The notes: generated by a model not told the origin, from the sequence alone. 64,000 nt of DNA from the human T2T-CHM13v2.0 reference genome, Homo sapiens (GCF_009914755.1 NC_060938.1); one strand, 5' to 3'; shown: positions 1 to 12,285, counted from the first letter of the stretch. Translations and numbers: made by a program.

Positions 1-149
1 TCCCTTATGTTTAAGGATGGGCTTCAGTTCACATGGGTGTTGTTACGATGGTTATTAAGGTATTCTGCATCCATTAGAAGTATTAGCATAGTTACTATTT
101 CTTGGATGTATATCTGCATTGTGATTTGAAGCTCAGTGTGCTACCAGAG

Positions 150-650
150 TGTGGTAGATTATAGATGAAAGACAGCTACAAGTTCTTCGAGAAATGGAGT
201 CTAACTCCACTCCCCTGGGGCTGGCCTAGGTGACTTGTTCCACTAATAGGATGTGAAGGAAGTAATGGTCGGACATTCCAGGTTTAGGCTGTAAGAAGGC
301 TGGCAGGTTCCCCTCCGGTCTTTTGGAATTCTTGCCCCAGTGTTTCTTGCACTGCCATGTAAGAAGTTCACAAGTGCCCACCTTGGACCAAGACCATCAA
401 GGTATAGGTTCCTGGCTCAGCATTCTAAGCTGAGTCCAGCATTTGTGGGCATCCCTGTAAAGATGCCAGACATGGTTTATATCTACTGGACCAGCCTGTC
501 TACCTGCTGAATACCACCAAGTTGAAAACACCTGGAGCAGGAAAAACTTCCCAGCTCACCTGTCACCTCAGGAACCATGACAGTAGTAATCATTGTTTTA
601 AACCATTAATTTTGGAAATGTTTGTTAAGAAGGAACAGATAACTGAATCT
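150..650 (+). mobile_element. MaLR LTR relic (MLT1G/H-like)
   Basis: Starts tgtggtag; contains ggcctaggtgacttg..ctaatagg; ends with MLT1-type tail aatcattgttttaaaccatta..gtttgtta..gataactgaat. Confidence 0.7.
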
Positions 651-1245
651 CGCATAATTCAACAATGGAAGTGCACTACTTTATATGCTGGAATGGTCAT
701 CTGGTTCTTGTGTCTTTTTTTGCCTTTTTTTTTTTTTATTCTTTGAATCTCAGATCAATTGTTACTCCCTCTGAAAGACTCTCCTGCCTCTGCCTCGCCT
801 CTGCCTAGAACAAATTAGATCCTTGATCTTTCTTTTAAGCCCTCCTCCCTCAAATTCAGTTCACTGAGGGTAGGTAATTTTTAAATTGATTAAACATTTA
901 TTCATGCAAGAAACATTTACTGTATACCTACAAGTATAAATCATGATGTTCGCTGATGGAAAAATTGTGAAAACATTTTCTTTGCTGTACTTACCCCTCA
1001 GACCTAGCACATGCATAGTTGGAGTTTGATACATGTCAATTTTTGCTAACTCCAAACTGTAGAGGTGCTGGCTTTGCTTGCAGCTAACTGGTTTGATCTG
1101 AATTGCTACTCCTACTGTTGCAAAGTAGCGATCAGAAATGCTGATAGCAAATATAACAAAGTTCAAATTTTGACTCTGCCAAATATAAGACATGTGACTG
1201 AATCAAACTTTCTTTTGCTTTCTTTCAGAATAAAAGTAACTTGCT

Positions 1246-1430
1246 GAAACCAGAAGGCTTGGGGGTTAAATCCCAGCTCAGTTGCATCTTTGTAGTTTGT
1301 CAGTTTCCCATGGGTAAAGTGGGACTAATATCCACCTCCTAGGGTGGTTATGATAATTAAATGAGTTAATACATAAAGTGGCTTAAAACAGAGCCCTATA
1401 CACAGTAAGCACTGTAGAAGTATTTGTTAA
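1246..1430 (+). mobile_element. MIR SINE
   Basis: ttaaatcccagctc..cagtttcccatgggtaaagtggg..cctcctagggtggttatg..attaaatgag..cacagtaagcact. Confidence 0.8.
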
Positions 1431-1846
1431 ACGAAATTATTTTAAGATGTACTCTTTAGGATAGAACCCGGTATATAATGGGAAGGATGAAAAATACTAT
1501 TTTTCACGCCATTTTTTTTTTTTGCCCTTTTGAGCCACTTTTCACTTAAAAGGAAATAGCAGATTTATACATTTTTATATTTTTAATTTTAAGTAATGTG
1601 TGAGTTGCAAAATAATTTTGTTTCATACTACATGCCAAATGTATGTAAGTGAGCCAAGTGATTTGTTTATCCAAGAGCACACCTGTTAATTCAGGATTAG
1701 CTTATGGTAAAGACACTCACATGGGCATTAGCCCAATGATTTTTAATTCTCTCTCTTTCTCTCTCTTTTTTCTTTTTAAATCATCTCATTTATTATTGGT
1801 TTGCAAATCTAATACTATTGAATGGCAGTTAAGTGATATTTGATCA

Positions 1847-2099
<253 letters not shown>

Positions 2100-2924
2100 T
2101 TCTAAGTCACATGTATACTTTTTCCTTGAGAATTAGTTCAATTACTTAATATTTACATCACATCTGGAGAGAGGTGGGAGAAAGGGAAGTAAGAAGGGAG
2201 ATAGAGAAACAGAAATATCCAAGACATAATATGTTTCTTGGAAATCCAGTATTGTTGAAGTTAACTCATTTCAATTTCATACAGATCTGACACTAAGTCA
2301 CAGACCTTCAATTATATTTAACTTGCTAATTATATTCTTTAACTTTGGTAAATATAGAAGTAGGAACATTTAGTTTTTACAATTACTTATGGGCAGTTAG
2401 ATATCCTTAGAACTGGTAATTACACTGGCAAATTATACTTATTGTGTAGAGCTACATAAATACGGATATATACATAAATGCATATATTGAATGCATATAA
2501 TACTGATGTTAAGTGTTTTATTTAAGCCAACCATGCCTCCAGTAAATTTCTGCAGCCCACAGATGGAGAAACATGAAGAATTTTTAAAAACTATATTTAT
2601 GTCTAATTTCTAGGGAGATATCAAATGGTGATTGCCTAAAAAAAATAAGAAGAGCCAGCTAATTGCAAAGGCATGGAATTAAATAAAGCAACCAGAGGAC
2701 ATTATGTACATCAAATACTAAAAGTAGTATGGATGAATGTAATGGGTGAAGAGTTTGAGGCTGTTCTGTGTGCTTCCCCTCTGCACTTTCATTCTGTTTT
2801 GTGGTTTTCTCTAATATAGGACCTCCCATTTCTTATTGCAAAGCTTCATCCTCAGCTTATTTTCTGATCAGACTGTGAGTTTCTCAAGAGATGAATCTCT
2901 CTGTGACTACCACTGGGTTTAACT

Positions 2925-3065
2925 ATCTTGTATGGAAATGATTTGTTTATCTGACTGTATGTTCTACTTGCCTGTGGTCTTCTGGGAGGGTGAGAATACC
3001 TCTTACCCCTATTGGGCTCCTTATCCCAGGAATCTAGCCCATGTCACAGAATGCCAAGTGGAACT
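2925..3065 (+). mobile_element. L2 3' fragment
   Basis: atttgtttatctg..ctgtggtcttctgggagggtgag..tatcccaggaatctagccca. Confidence 0.5.
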
Positions 3066-3236
3066 TCTCTTCATGTCTCTGTTTGTCTAAGGAGCCAAAG
3101 CTGGAGACAGTAGGTGACAGGAAATCCTGAGTTATGAGGGCTGCTACACACGTTTCTTTAAGATTTAGTAAGAGTTGGGCAAACTGAGTACCAACAGCAT
3201 TACCGATCTTCAGGATAAGACTAGAAATTAAAAAAA

Positions 3237-3328
3237 AATATGTGTATACCAAACCTCTGTGACACACAATGTACCTATGTAATAAACCTGCACGTGAACC
3301 CTGAAACTAAAATAAAAGTTTGAAAAAA
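3237..3328 (+). mobile_element. L1 (L1PA/PB) extreme 3' end
   Basis: ccaaacctctgtgacacaca..cctatgtaataaacctgcac..aactaaaataaaagtt followed by A-run. Confidence 0.75.
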
Positions 3329-5985
3329 GTGATCCTATAACAAAAAAGAAGAAAATGTAATGGTATTTTCTCTCACATTAAGGTGAAGGAAAGAACCAGC
3401 TGTTTCTCCCCTGTCCCTCAGGCTAAATGAAGAGGAAACTGGAAGAACCTCTCATAAGCACTTGAGAGTTTTCTTTCTTTCTTTCTTTTCTTTTTTTTTT
3501 CTTTTTATGGCATCTAGCACCTTTGTTCCCACCCAGACTGTTGCTGAGATGTAGGCTGCTGCTGTGCTATTACAGGAGCAGGCAGAGGATGGAAGTGTTC
3601 TGACAATCTGATGTGTATATGTGGAGAGAATTGTGCCTTCTTTTTTATCTGGAAATGGCAGAGCGGGGGTGAGTGGGGGCATATCTAGTGGTGTCCTTTA
3701 TAGCTGGACAAGAGGAAAAAAGATCTGCCATGGGGGAAGCCATTATTTTTATTTCTTAGAGGGAGATGACCTAGTTACTAGTGAACGAGTATTATTCAGA
3801 AAGGGAACTGGCCTTTGATTCTCCAGTAGCCCAAAGGGACCTTCGCAGAAAAAAAGCTGTAGATGTATTGTCTGGGGGCAGAAACAGAAAGGGATCACTT
3901 GACAGACAGGGTCCATTACTTTGTCAGGAAAAGGTGCAATCCAGTCTTTGGAGGAGGGTTGGAGAAGAAAGTGCCTTGGAAAAACCCCCCATCTGAACTT
4001 TAAGATCAAGGGACAGCATTTTGATACCCATCATAGCACCCAGGGCTTTATTCCTTTCCTCTAATCCCACTCCCAACATAGGGGAGCCCTGGCATTAAAA
4101 GACAAAGTCACACCAATGGGGGAAGAGCAATGGAAGAACTAGACAGTGCTAAATATTTTACTAAAAAGCATCTAGTTTTAAGTGCACATTTTGATGAGTT
4201 TTGACAAGGTACACACCCATGTAATTACCACCCATCCAAAATACAATCATCTCTACAAGTTTCCTTGAGACCTATGTAAGATACTGCCTCACACTCCCCA
4301 TTACCAGCCCTGAGCAATGACTGATTCACTTTCTGTCACTATAGATTGGTCTTTTTTTCAAATTTCAAACAAATATTACGGAGTGCTTAGTTCATGTTTT
4401 TGACATTATATATGTCGTTGCACATATCAGTACTGTGTGCCTTTTGAATTCTGACTGGTATTCTATTGTATGGATATACCACAATTTGTCCCTTCACCTA
4501 CTGATGGACATTTGGGTTGTTTCCAGTTTTTGGCTATTATGAATAGAGTTGTTATACACAATAAAGTCTTTATGCACTCATAAGTTTTCATTTTTCAAGG
4601 TAAATACCTACGAGTGGAATTTATGTATGATCTGGTAAGTATGTTTAGCTTTATAAGAAATTATAAAACTATTTTCCAGGTCACACTATTTTGCATGAGC
4701 AGTGTATGTGAGTTTTAGTTTCTCCACATCCTTGCCAAAACTTGATGTAGTGTTTCTAACTTTAGCGAATCTAGTAAGTGAGTAGTGCCATCTCATTGTT
4801 GGTTTGATTTGCATTTCCCTGTTGACTACTGATTTTGAGCATTTTTAGTGTGTTTGTTGCCATTAATATATTTTCTTTTGAGAAATGTTCAAAGACTTTT
4901 GCATTAGGCTATTTGTCTTCTTATTGAGTTGTAAGAAGTTTTTGTATATACTGGATACAAATACTGAAAACAAAAGTATGATAATACTTTGTGAGGATTA
5001 TTGCAAATACAAAGAGTTTGTACCCAGTATCTATAAAATATTTGCAATATATTTATTGCAAATACAAAGTATTTATTTGCAATAAACATATTATAAATGT
5101 TTTCTCCAAATTTGTGGCTTATCTTTTTCATTTTTAAACCATGTCTTACCAACAGAGAATATTTTCATTTTGTAAAGTCCAAATTATTATTTTTTCTCTT
5201 ATGTTTCATACTTTTGGAGCCCTGTTTAAGAAATCCATCCCAGAGTTGTAAAAACGTTCACTTATGATTTCTTCCAGAACTTTTCTAGTTTTAGATTTTA
5301 CAGTTAGATCTATGATCCATTTAAAGTTAATTTTTGTGTATGTCAAGAGATAAATGCTTGACTTTGCTTTTTTTCCAAATTAATATTTGTATTACTTCAA
5401 CTACATTTGTTGAAAAGGCTATGTTTTCACCATCTGGGTACCTGTGTCAAACATGGATTAACTATGTATAAATGGGTTTAATTCTGAACTATATATAGAT
5501 ACCAAAGTTCTTGATTATTGTTGTATTACATAAGTTTGAAATCAGCTAATGCAAGTCCTTCAATTTTATTTCTTTTATTAGTTTTTATTGATAGGATGGC
5601 TAATAGCATGTTGATTAAAAGTAGTAAAGGCAGAAATTAAATAGCGCCCTATCTATGATATTAATTATAGGTGTTCTGTAGATTCCCTTGACAAGTTGAG
5701 GAACTTCCTTCTTATTGCTAATTCTTGAGAATGTTTACTATAATTGGTGTTGAGTTTCCTCAAGTGTTTTTTCTGCTCACACTGAGTAATCATAGTGCAT
5801 TTTCTTTTTTAATCAGTTAATGTGTATTGCATTAATTGATTTTCTACAATGTAAAACAAGCCTTGCATTCCTGGGATAAGTTCCATTTGTGCATGATGGA
5901 TTATTCTTTTTGTCTATTGCTGAATTAAATTTGCTGATGTTTTGTTAAGAATTTCGTTCAAAAGAGATATTACTTTCTAGTTACC

Positions 5986-6179
5986 TTTTTTTAAAATTTT
6001 ATTATTATTATACTTTAAGTTTTAGGGTACATGTGCATAACGTGTAGGTTTGTTACATATGTATACATGTGCCATGTTGGTGTGCTGCACCCATTAACTC
6101 GTCATTTAGCATTAGGTATATCTCCTAATGCTCTCCCTCCCCCCGCCCCCCCACCCCACAACAGTCCCTGGTGTGTGAT
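5986..6179 (-). mobile_element. Young L1PA 3' end (~190 bp) nested in L1M
   Basis: attatactttaagttttagggtacatgtgca..cccattaactcgtcatttagcattaggtatatctcctaatgc. Confidence 0.95.
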
Positions 6180-7678
6180 TTTGAAATATATTATGGCTTT
6201 AATATCAGGATAATGTTAGCCTTATAAAATGAATTGGAAAGTAATCACTCCTCTACTTTATGAAAGAGTTGGCATAGGAATGATATTTTTTCTTTCTTAT
6301 TAAGTTTGAATTGATAAGAAAAATTAGGACTAGAGTTTTCTCTGTGGGAAAATTTTTGATTATGAATTCCATTCATTTAGTAGACACAGGAATATTCAGA
6401 TTATCTTTTTCTTTAGCTTGTTTGGTTAATTTGTATCTTTCAAGGAATTTGCTTATGTAAACTATTTTTTAAATTTATTGGCTTAATGTTACTTGTAATA
6501 TTCTTTGTTATCCTTTTGACATCTGAAGGATTTCTAGTAATTTTTCCTCTTTCATTCTTGATATTAGCAGGTTGTTTGCTTCCTCTCTCTCAGTCTTTCT
6601 AGCTGGAGTTTTCTCATTTTTGATGTTTACATTTGGTTTCAAATATTCCTTTTTCAGTTTTCTATTTCACTGACTTATGCTCTCGTCCTTATCGTTTTCT
6701 TTTTCATGCTTACTTTGTGTTTAATTTACTCTTTTTTTTTTTTTTAGCTCCTTAAGGTGGAAGCTTAGATAATGGGTTTTAATTGTTTTTTTCTTTTCTA
6801 ACATAAATTTTAAATATATGATTTTTCCTCTCAACACAGCTTTAGTTGCACCCCATACCTTTGATATGTTGTAATTTTTGTTTTATTTAATTCAAAATAT
6901 TTTCTCATTTTGTTTGCAATTTTTTCTTTTACCTATGTGTTATTTAGAAACATATTGTCTAATTCTTCTTTTGTCTAATTTCCAAATAGCTTCCTGTTGC
7001 CATTCTAGGACTGTTAATAGTTTAATTTTATGGTTAGAGAATTTTATATCATTGTAATACTTTTGTATTTATTTATTAAGACTTGTTTAATGGGCCAACA
7101 TATGACTTATCTTGGTAATGTTGCCTGCGTGCCCATAAACAATGTGCAGTCTGCTTGTGTTCTGTAAATGTCAATTAAGTCATGTTGGTTGATAGTTTTT
7201 AAATCTTTAGTATACCTACTTATTTTCTAACTATAATTTACCAACTCTTGAGAGAGGAGTGTTGAAATTCCCATTTATAATTTTAATTTAGTCTATTTTG
7301 TTTCCATTCTATCCATTTCTTAATGTATTTTGAAGCTCTAATTTAAGATGCATACTAATTTAGCATTGTTATGTCTTCTTTATGAATTAATATTCTTATC
7401 ATTATAAAACTTCTATCTTTATCTCAGATAATATACCTTCTTCTGAACCTTAGTCTGATTATAAGACCTCCAGCTCTCTTATGCTTTGAGAACATAAGAG
7501 AAATCTGTGATTATTCTCAACCTTTCATTTCTATATATAATTATTTATTTTTCCTGGTTGCCTTTATGATTTTTTTTCTTTGTCATTTGTTTGTAATAAT
7601 CTGATTTTGATATGTCTTGAAGAGTGTATATCTGTGTCTGTATTTATCCTGTTTTGGGTTCTTTGAACTCTTTGACCT

Positions 7679-7743
7679 GTGGGTATGTGAGTGTACGTAT
7701 ATGTGTGAGTGTATGTGTATGTGTGCATGTGTGTGTGGTGTGT
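7679..7743. repeat. Imperfect (TG)n microsatellite
   Basis: gtgggtatgtgagtgtacgtatatgtgtgagtgtatgtgtatgtgtgcatgtgtgtgtgg. Confidence 0.9.
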
Positions 7744-9115
7744 TTTACAATCAAATTTGGAAAATATTCATTATGTCTTCAGATATGTTGGGGTATTTTT
7801 CTGTTTGTTTTTTGTTGTTGCTGCCGTCACTGTTTTTTGCCATTCTTTTCTTGTTTCTTATACTTCGGAACGCCAAATACACATACTTTAGGGTATTTGT
7901 TATTTTACCACCAGTATTTTAAGCTCTGTTCATTTTCTTTCAGTCTTTTTATTTGGCACTTTGCTACATTACAAATAGTTTCTGCTGCTATGTCTCAATA
8001 TCACTAAAATCTTCTTCTGTACTGTCTAATATGTAATTAATGTCATTCAGTAAAATTTTAATTCCAGAAACATTACTTTTTATATCTAGAAGTTCTATCT
8101 GGGTGCTTTTTTTGTATTTTTTATTTACAACATAACTTTAATATGTTCATGTTTTCCTTTGAATATTTGAACATAGTTATAACATCCTCATTGGCTAATT
8201 ATGTTATCTGTCTCACTTCTTGGTCTGCTTCAATTGACTGAAATTCCTTCTGCTCGCGAGTCACACTACCTTCTCTTGAGATGTCTACTAATTTTTGATT
8301 GCTTGTTAAACATTTTGGCATTATCTTGTTAAGTGTCTGGATTTTGTTTTTTTCTTTAAGGAGCATTGATGTTTGTCTTAGCAGACAGTCGTGTTACTGG
8401 AAGATCAGTTTGATCTCTTCTGTCCTGTTTTGAAACTTTGCTAGGGCATGGCCAGAGTAATTTTTATTCCAGAGATAGACTCCTCTAGTTTCTCTACCCT
8501 GGCTTGTTGGAACTCACATTTTCTCTTCCTTATGTGAGTTTAGGGAATTGCTCCTTCTTTGCTTGTCTTTTGAAATTTTTCTTTTCACATCTGTGATCAC
8601 TTTGTGAGGTGCCAAATTTTCCATGTGAGCAACACTCCCTAGAATTCCCTTTTTAATATGTTGCAGGTTAGAATGGGCTACAGGGGAGACATCAACCATT
8701 TTGTAGCTATACACACCTTCTCCAGAATTATCAATTAAACACTAATCTGGATGTTGTTTTAAAGGAATTTTGCATATGGAATTAAAATCAAAATCTGTTA
8801 ACTTTGAGGTAATGAAAACAAAGTTATCCTGAAGGGGTCTGAGTCATATAGAAGTCCTTAAAAGAGGGTCCTAGGCTTTCCCTGATACAGAATACAAGCA
8901 GCACAGAGGCCTGAAATTGCTCCCCACTTTTTCCCCCTATATCTATCCTTTCTACTTGCCTGCCTGTGAACTCAAGCACCAGTTCAAACTCAAAGTTCCA
9001 GCCTGATCATGATCTTCACTTCCTAACTCTGTCCACCTTGCTTCAGCTCACTTTACCACACTGCACCCCCACTCCACCAAACTGCATAAGGAAATTCCTT
9101 ATAATAATTACATCT

Positions 9116-9426
9116 AATATATATATAATATATATAATTATATATAATATAATATATATAATTATATATAATATAATATATATAATATGTATTACATCAT
9201 ATATATGATGTACATCATATATATATATGTGATGTACATATATATATATATGTCTACTTCCCTCAGACAGAGCCATCTGAAATCACATGCCCATACCTTG
9301 TGGTCAAAGTAGTGACTTATGCTGACTGACTTAGGCCTGGATTAAATGCCCATCATATATATATATGATGTAATACATATTACCAGTATATATATATATA
9401 TACTGGTGTGTATGTATGTGTGTGTA

Positions 9427-9472
<46 letters not shown>

Positions 9473-9523
9473 TATATATATACACACATATATATATACA
9501 CACACACACACATATATATATAT

Positions 9524-9568
<45 letters not shown>

Positions 9569-9602
9569 TATATATATATATACCAGTAGAATGGATATAT
9601 AC
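9116..9602. repeat. Complex (TA)n/(TG)n/(CA)n microsatellite with palindromes
   Basis: Directly visible; interrupted by 101-bp unique insert at 9253-9353. Confidence 0.95.
9253..9353 (+). repeat. 101-bp dispersed direct duplicate of 11056-11156
   Basis: Manual alignment gives 100/101 identity; only difference g9339 vs a11142. Confidence 0.98.
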
Positions 9603-9654
9603 ATCCATTATGTTGATTTTGTTTCTCTGGTTGATCCCTGATTGACATAATATC

Positions 9655-10030
9655 CATGGTTTAATACTTAGCAAATACTTAAAGGGATCTCTATGCAAAT
9701 TTCTCGAGCTCATTTCCTATGTTGTTCCAGTTTTTATGAAACTCTGCCACAAAAACTTTCCATGCCTTAGCCTCCTCCTCAAACTCTTACTCCAGTCTCC
9801 TGAACTCAGCAAGACTACAGGGTCCTGTTTGACTTCCACTTCTCTAATAATAATTGCCTCCATAGAAGAACACCAGGAATACTGTAGGGTTTACTTCATT
9901 TATTTCCCTTTTCTGAAATATCACGTCTTGCATAGACTTTTATCCAAAGTCTGAAAAATTTTACTTTTACATTTTGCTTAGTTTTATTGTCGTTTATGGT
10001 GGGAGGGGAAGCTCTTTATAATTACTCCAA
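9655..10030 (-). mobile_element. L1M 5'-region remnant (probably continuation of 4165-8510 element)
   Basis: ctctatgcaaatttct..gtagggtttacttcatttatttcccttt..ttactccaacatggctgaaactggaa resembles L1M 5' ends. Confidence 0.6.
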
Positions 10031-10347
10031 CATGGCTGAAACTGGAAATCTTTTATGCAGACTTTTTAATACCTGAAAGTTAGACTATCCTTAGAGCTGA
10101 AATGTACTACAATCTGACCCACTGTAACCCCATATCCGAGAATGGGAATACTTCAGACTGCACTAGAAGGCACTGGTGAGGAAAATGAAAATACTGATTG
10201 TGCCTTTCCAAGTTTATCCAATTCAGTTACTCAGTTGTGTATCTCACCTGGCACATGATAGACTCTCAAATACTTTTATTGGCCTGTAAGGAGTTTTGCT
10301 TCTAGTTCCTATCTAGCACATCACCTGACCCATGATTAATTTAAACC

Positions 10348-10582
10348 AGCAGAATATAGTGGTTAAGAACTTTTTAAAGGGATAAATAAAATAATGTTTA
10401 AATTCTAGTTCTTCATTTACTAATTATATGATTTAAGCGGAAATTTAATTTTTAGTAGCTTCATTTTGTTCATCTGAAACAGGGATGGTTATAGTTCCAA
10501 CCTCCCTTAGTTGCTGTGAAATTAAATAAAAAATGTTTGCCAAGTTCTTGGCACTGTTACGGACACATTGTAAGTACTTGAC
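10348..10582 (+). mobile_element. MIR SINE
   Basis: tatagtggttaaga..tttaaattctagttct..cttcattttgttcatctgaaa..ggacacattgtaagtact. Confidence 0.8.
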
Positions 10583-10784
10583 CTATTTCAATATCTTTAG
10601 TTTATTAATTAAAGAAAATTTCATAAACATTTGAATAAAGTTAACACATTGGGAAAAAACTTTTCTCCATGTTTGATGGTGAAATAAAGTTGCAAGTCAT
10701 TTAGAGGTAGAAACATCCAGGTTTGGATGAGACCTTGTAAGTCACCTAGGTGAACCCCTCGTCAGATGCTTGCAAATCAATTCA

Positions 10785-11200
10785 GCAGATAATTTGACTC
10801 AAACTAATTTAAGCAGTATAGAAAATTTATAAAATCACATAAATGAGATGTCCAGAGACAGAGGAGGCCTCCAGTGGTTTAATAATCTCCATGTCTCAGG
10901 GGTCCTCTATAATCCACCCTTCCTCCTCAGGTTGGTTTTATCCTCAGGTGATTCTTGAGATGATTCACTCAAGTAGCCAAATTGTTGCAGTCATTCCTGG
11001 GCTCACGATCTAAAATATGAGAGCATGTTGTTGCATCAGATATGGAACAATACCCTCTACTTCCCTCAGACAGAGCCATCTGAAATCACATGCCCATACC
11101 TTGTGGTCAAAGTAGTGACTTATGCTGACTGACTTAGGCCTAGATTAAATGCCCATTGCTAAATCAACCAATGGCACAATAAGGATGGCAGTGCTGTCCT
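10785..11200 (-). mobile_element. MaLR LTR relic (MLT1J/K-like); contains donor copy 11056-11156
   Basis: actcaaactaatttaagc..aatttat..gtcacatgccc-like and aaccaat motifs typical of antisense MLT1J/K. Confidence 0.6.
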
Positions 11201-11723
11201 TATTTATTTGTGTTCTTCAGGTTCTACCATTATGCTGAGGCTGGAGTTAGTCCCATTGTTGAGGCTGGAGTTAGTCAACGTTGCTGCAGTTCAATGGAGA
11301 AAAATACAATGTCTGCAGTTCAATGGAGAAAAGTGCAATGTTTTCTAAAAAGATCATGGGTAATATCTACATTCTTTGTGAATTTTCAGAGTGTGTTTAA
11401 ATTTTCTCTATCATGGGTGACTTACCACTACCCATTCAAGTGACACATTTTCACCACTGACACATTTTGATCTCTGTACCTCAGCTGTTGTGTTTGAGGG
11501 GAAGCTAGAGAAAATGATGTCTGTCACTCTGAAATAACCAAGAAAGACGGAGGGACACTTATTTAGTGCTCTTACATATTAGGCATAGTTCTAAGGGTTT
11601 TTTATTATGTAATCATTTAATCTTCACAAGTTTATGAGCTATGCTTATGAAGCAGTACCATTCTTATTTTACAAATGTGTTAATTGGGACACAATGGTTA
11701 AACCACTTTTGCCAAGTAAGGGC

Positions 11724-12285
11724 TGTTATGCGCATCCGTATAAGACCACCTGAGCAGGCTTAGTGCGAGCAACAAGACTGTTTATTCACTTGGGTGCAAG
11801 TGGGCTGAGTCTGAGAAAGGAGTCAGCGAAGGGTGGTGGGATTGTCATTGGTTCTTACAGGTTTGGGATAGGCGGTGGAGTTAGGAGCAATTTTTTGCCG
11901 GCAGGGGATGGATGTTACAAAGTACATTCTCATTCTCATGGGTGTGGAGGATGTTACAAAGTACATTCACAAGGGCGGGGAGGATGTATTGTCACAAGGA
12001 CTGGTGGGGGAATGTTACAAAGTACATTCAAAAGGTCAGGGAGAGTGTATTGTCACAAGGGTATTTTGTCACAAGGACAGGTGGGTGGATGTTACAAAGT
12101 ACATTCACAAGGGAAGGGAGGGTGTATTGTCACAAGGGCTGGGAGGATGTCACAAAGTACATTCACAAGGGTGGGGAGGGTGTTACAAAGTACATTCACA
12201 AGGAATATCACAAAATACATATCACAAGGGCAGGGGAATGTCACCATGGCTTGACCATGGTGTGGCCAGCTCAGAGGACCTTACA
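11724..12285 (-). mobile_element. ERV1 solo LTR, HERV-H/F superfamily-like (LTR7-related; exact family uncertain)
   Basis: TG..CA termini; 5-bp TSD agggc/agggt; minus strand carries ccttcgctgactc..actcagcccacttgcacccaagtgaataaacag (R region with AATAAA, LTR7-like). Confidence 0.9.
11910..12232. repeat. Imperfect tandem array inside the LTR U3 region
   Basis: About 7 copies of tgttacaaagtacattcacaagg alternating with tgtattgtcacaagg and G-rich linkers. Confidence 0.9.

Larger units (their letters stand above)
4165..8510 (-). mobile_element. Ancient L1M (L1MC/MD/ME-class) LINE, 3'UTR through ORF2/ORF1 remnants
   Basis: 3' end motif ttttaagtgcaca..gagttttgacaa..cccatgtaa; gatggacatttgggttgtttccagtttttggctattatgaata; tttgatttgcatttccct; ccttgcattcctgggata; long T-rich decayed ORF2. 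Confidence 0.85.
8700..9650 (+). mobile_element. ERVL LTR (MLT2-type) with greatly expanded internal microsatellite
   Basis: aaacactaatctggatgttg..aaggaattttgc near start; aaattccttataata before the repeat; MLT2 end motif ttttgtttctctggttgatccctgattgacata. Confidence 0.75.

Noticed and set aside
9043-9713. Many overlapping ORFs rich in Y/I/C/V/H/T
   Set aside because: Translations of (TA)/(TG)/(CA) microsatellite.
11910-12232. Repeat-spacer pattern resembling a CRISPR array, with overlapping 133-169 aa ORFs
   Set aside because: Spacers are related to each other, the array lies inside an LTR with TSD in primate DNA, and there are no cas genes; ORFs reflect a stop-poor tandem repeat.
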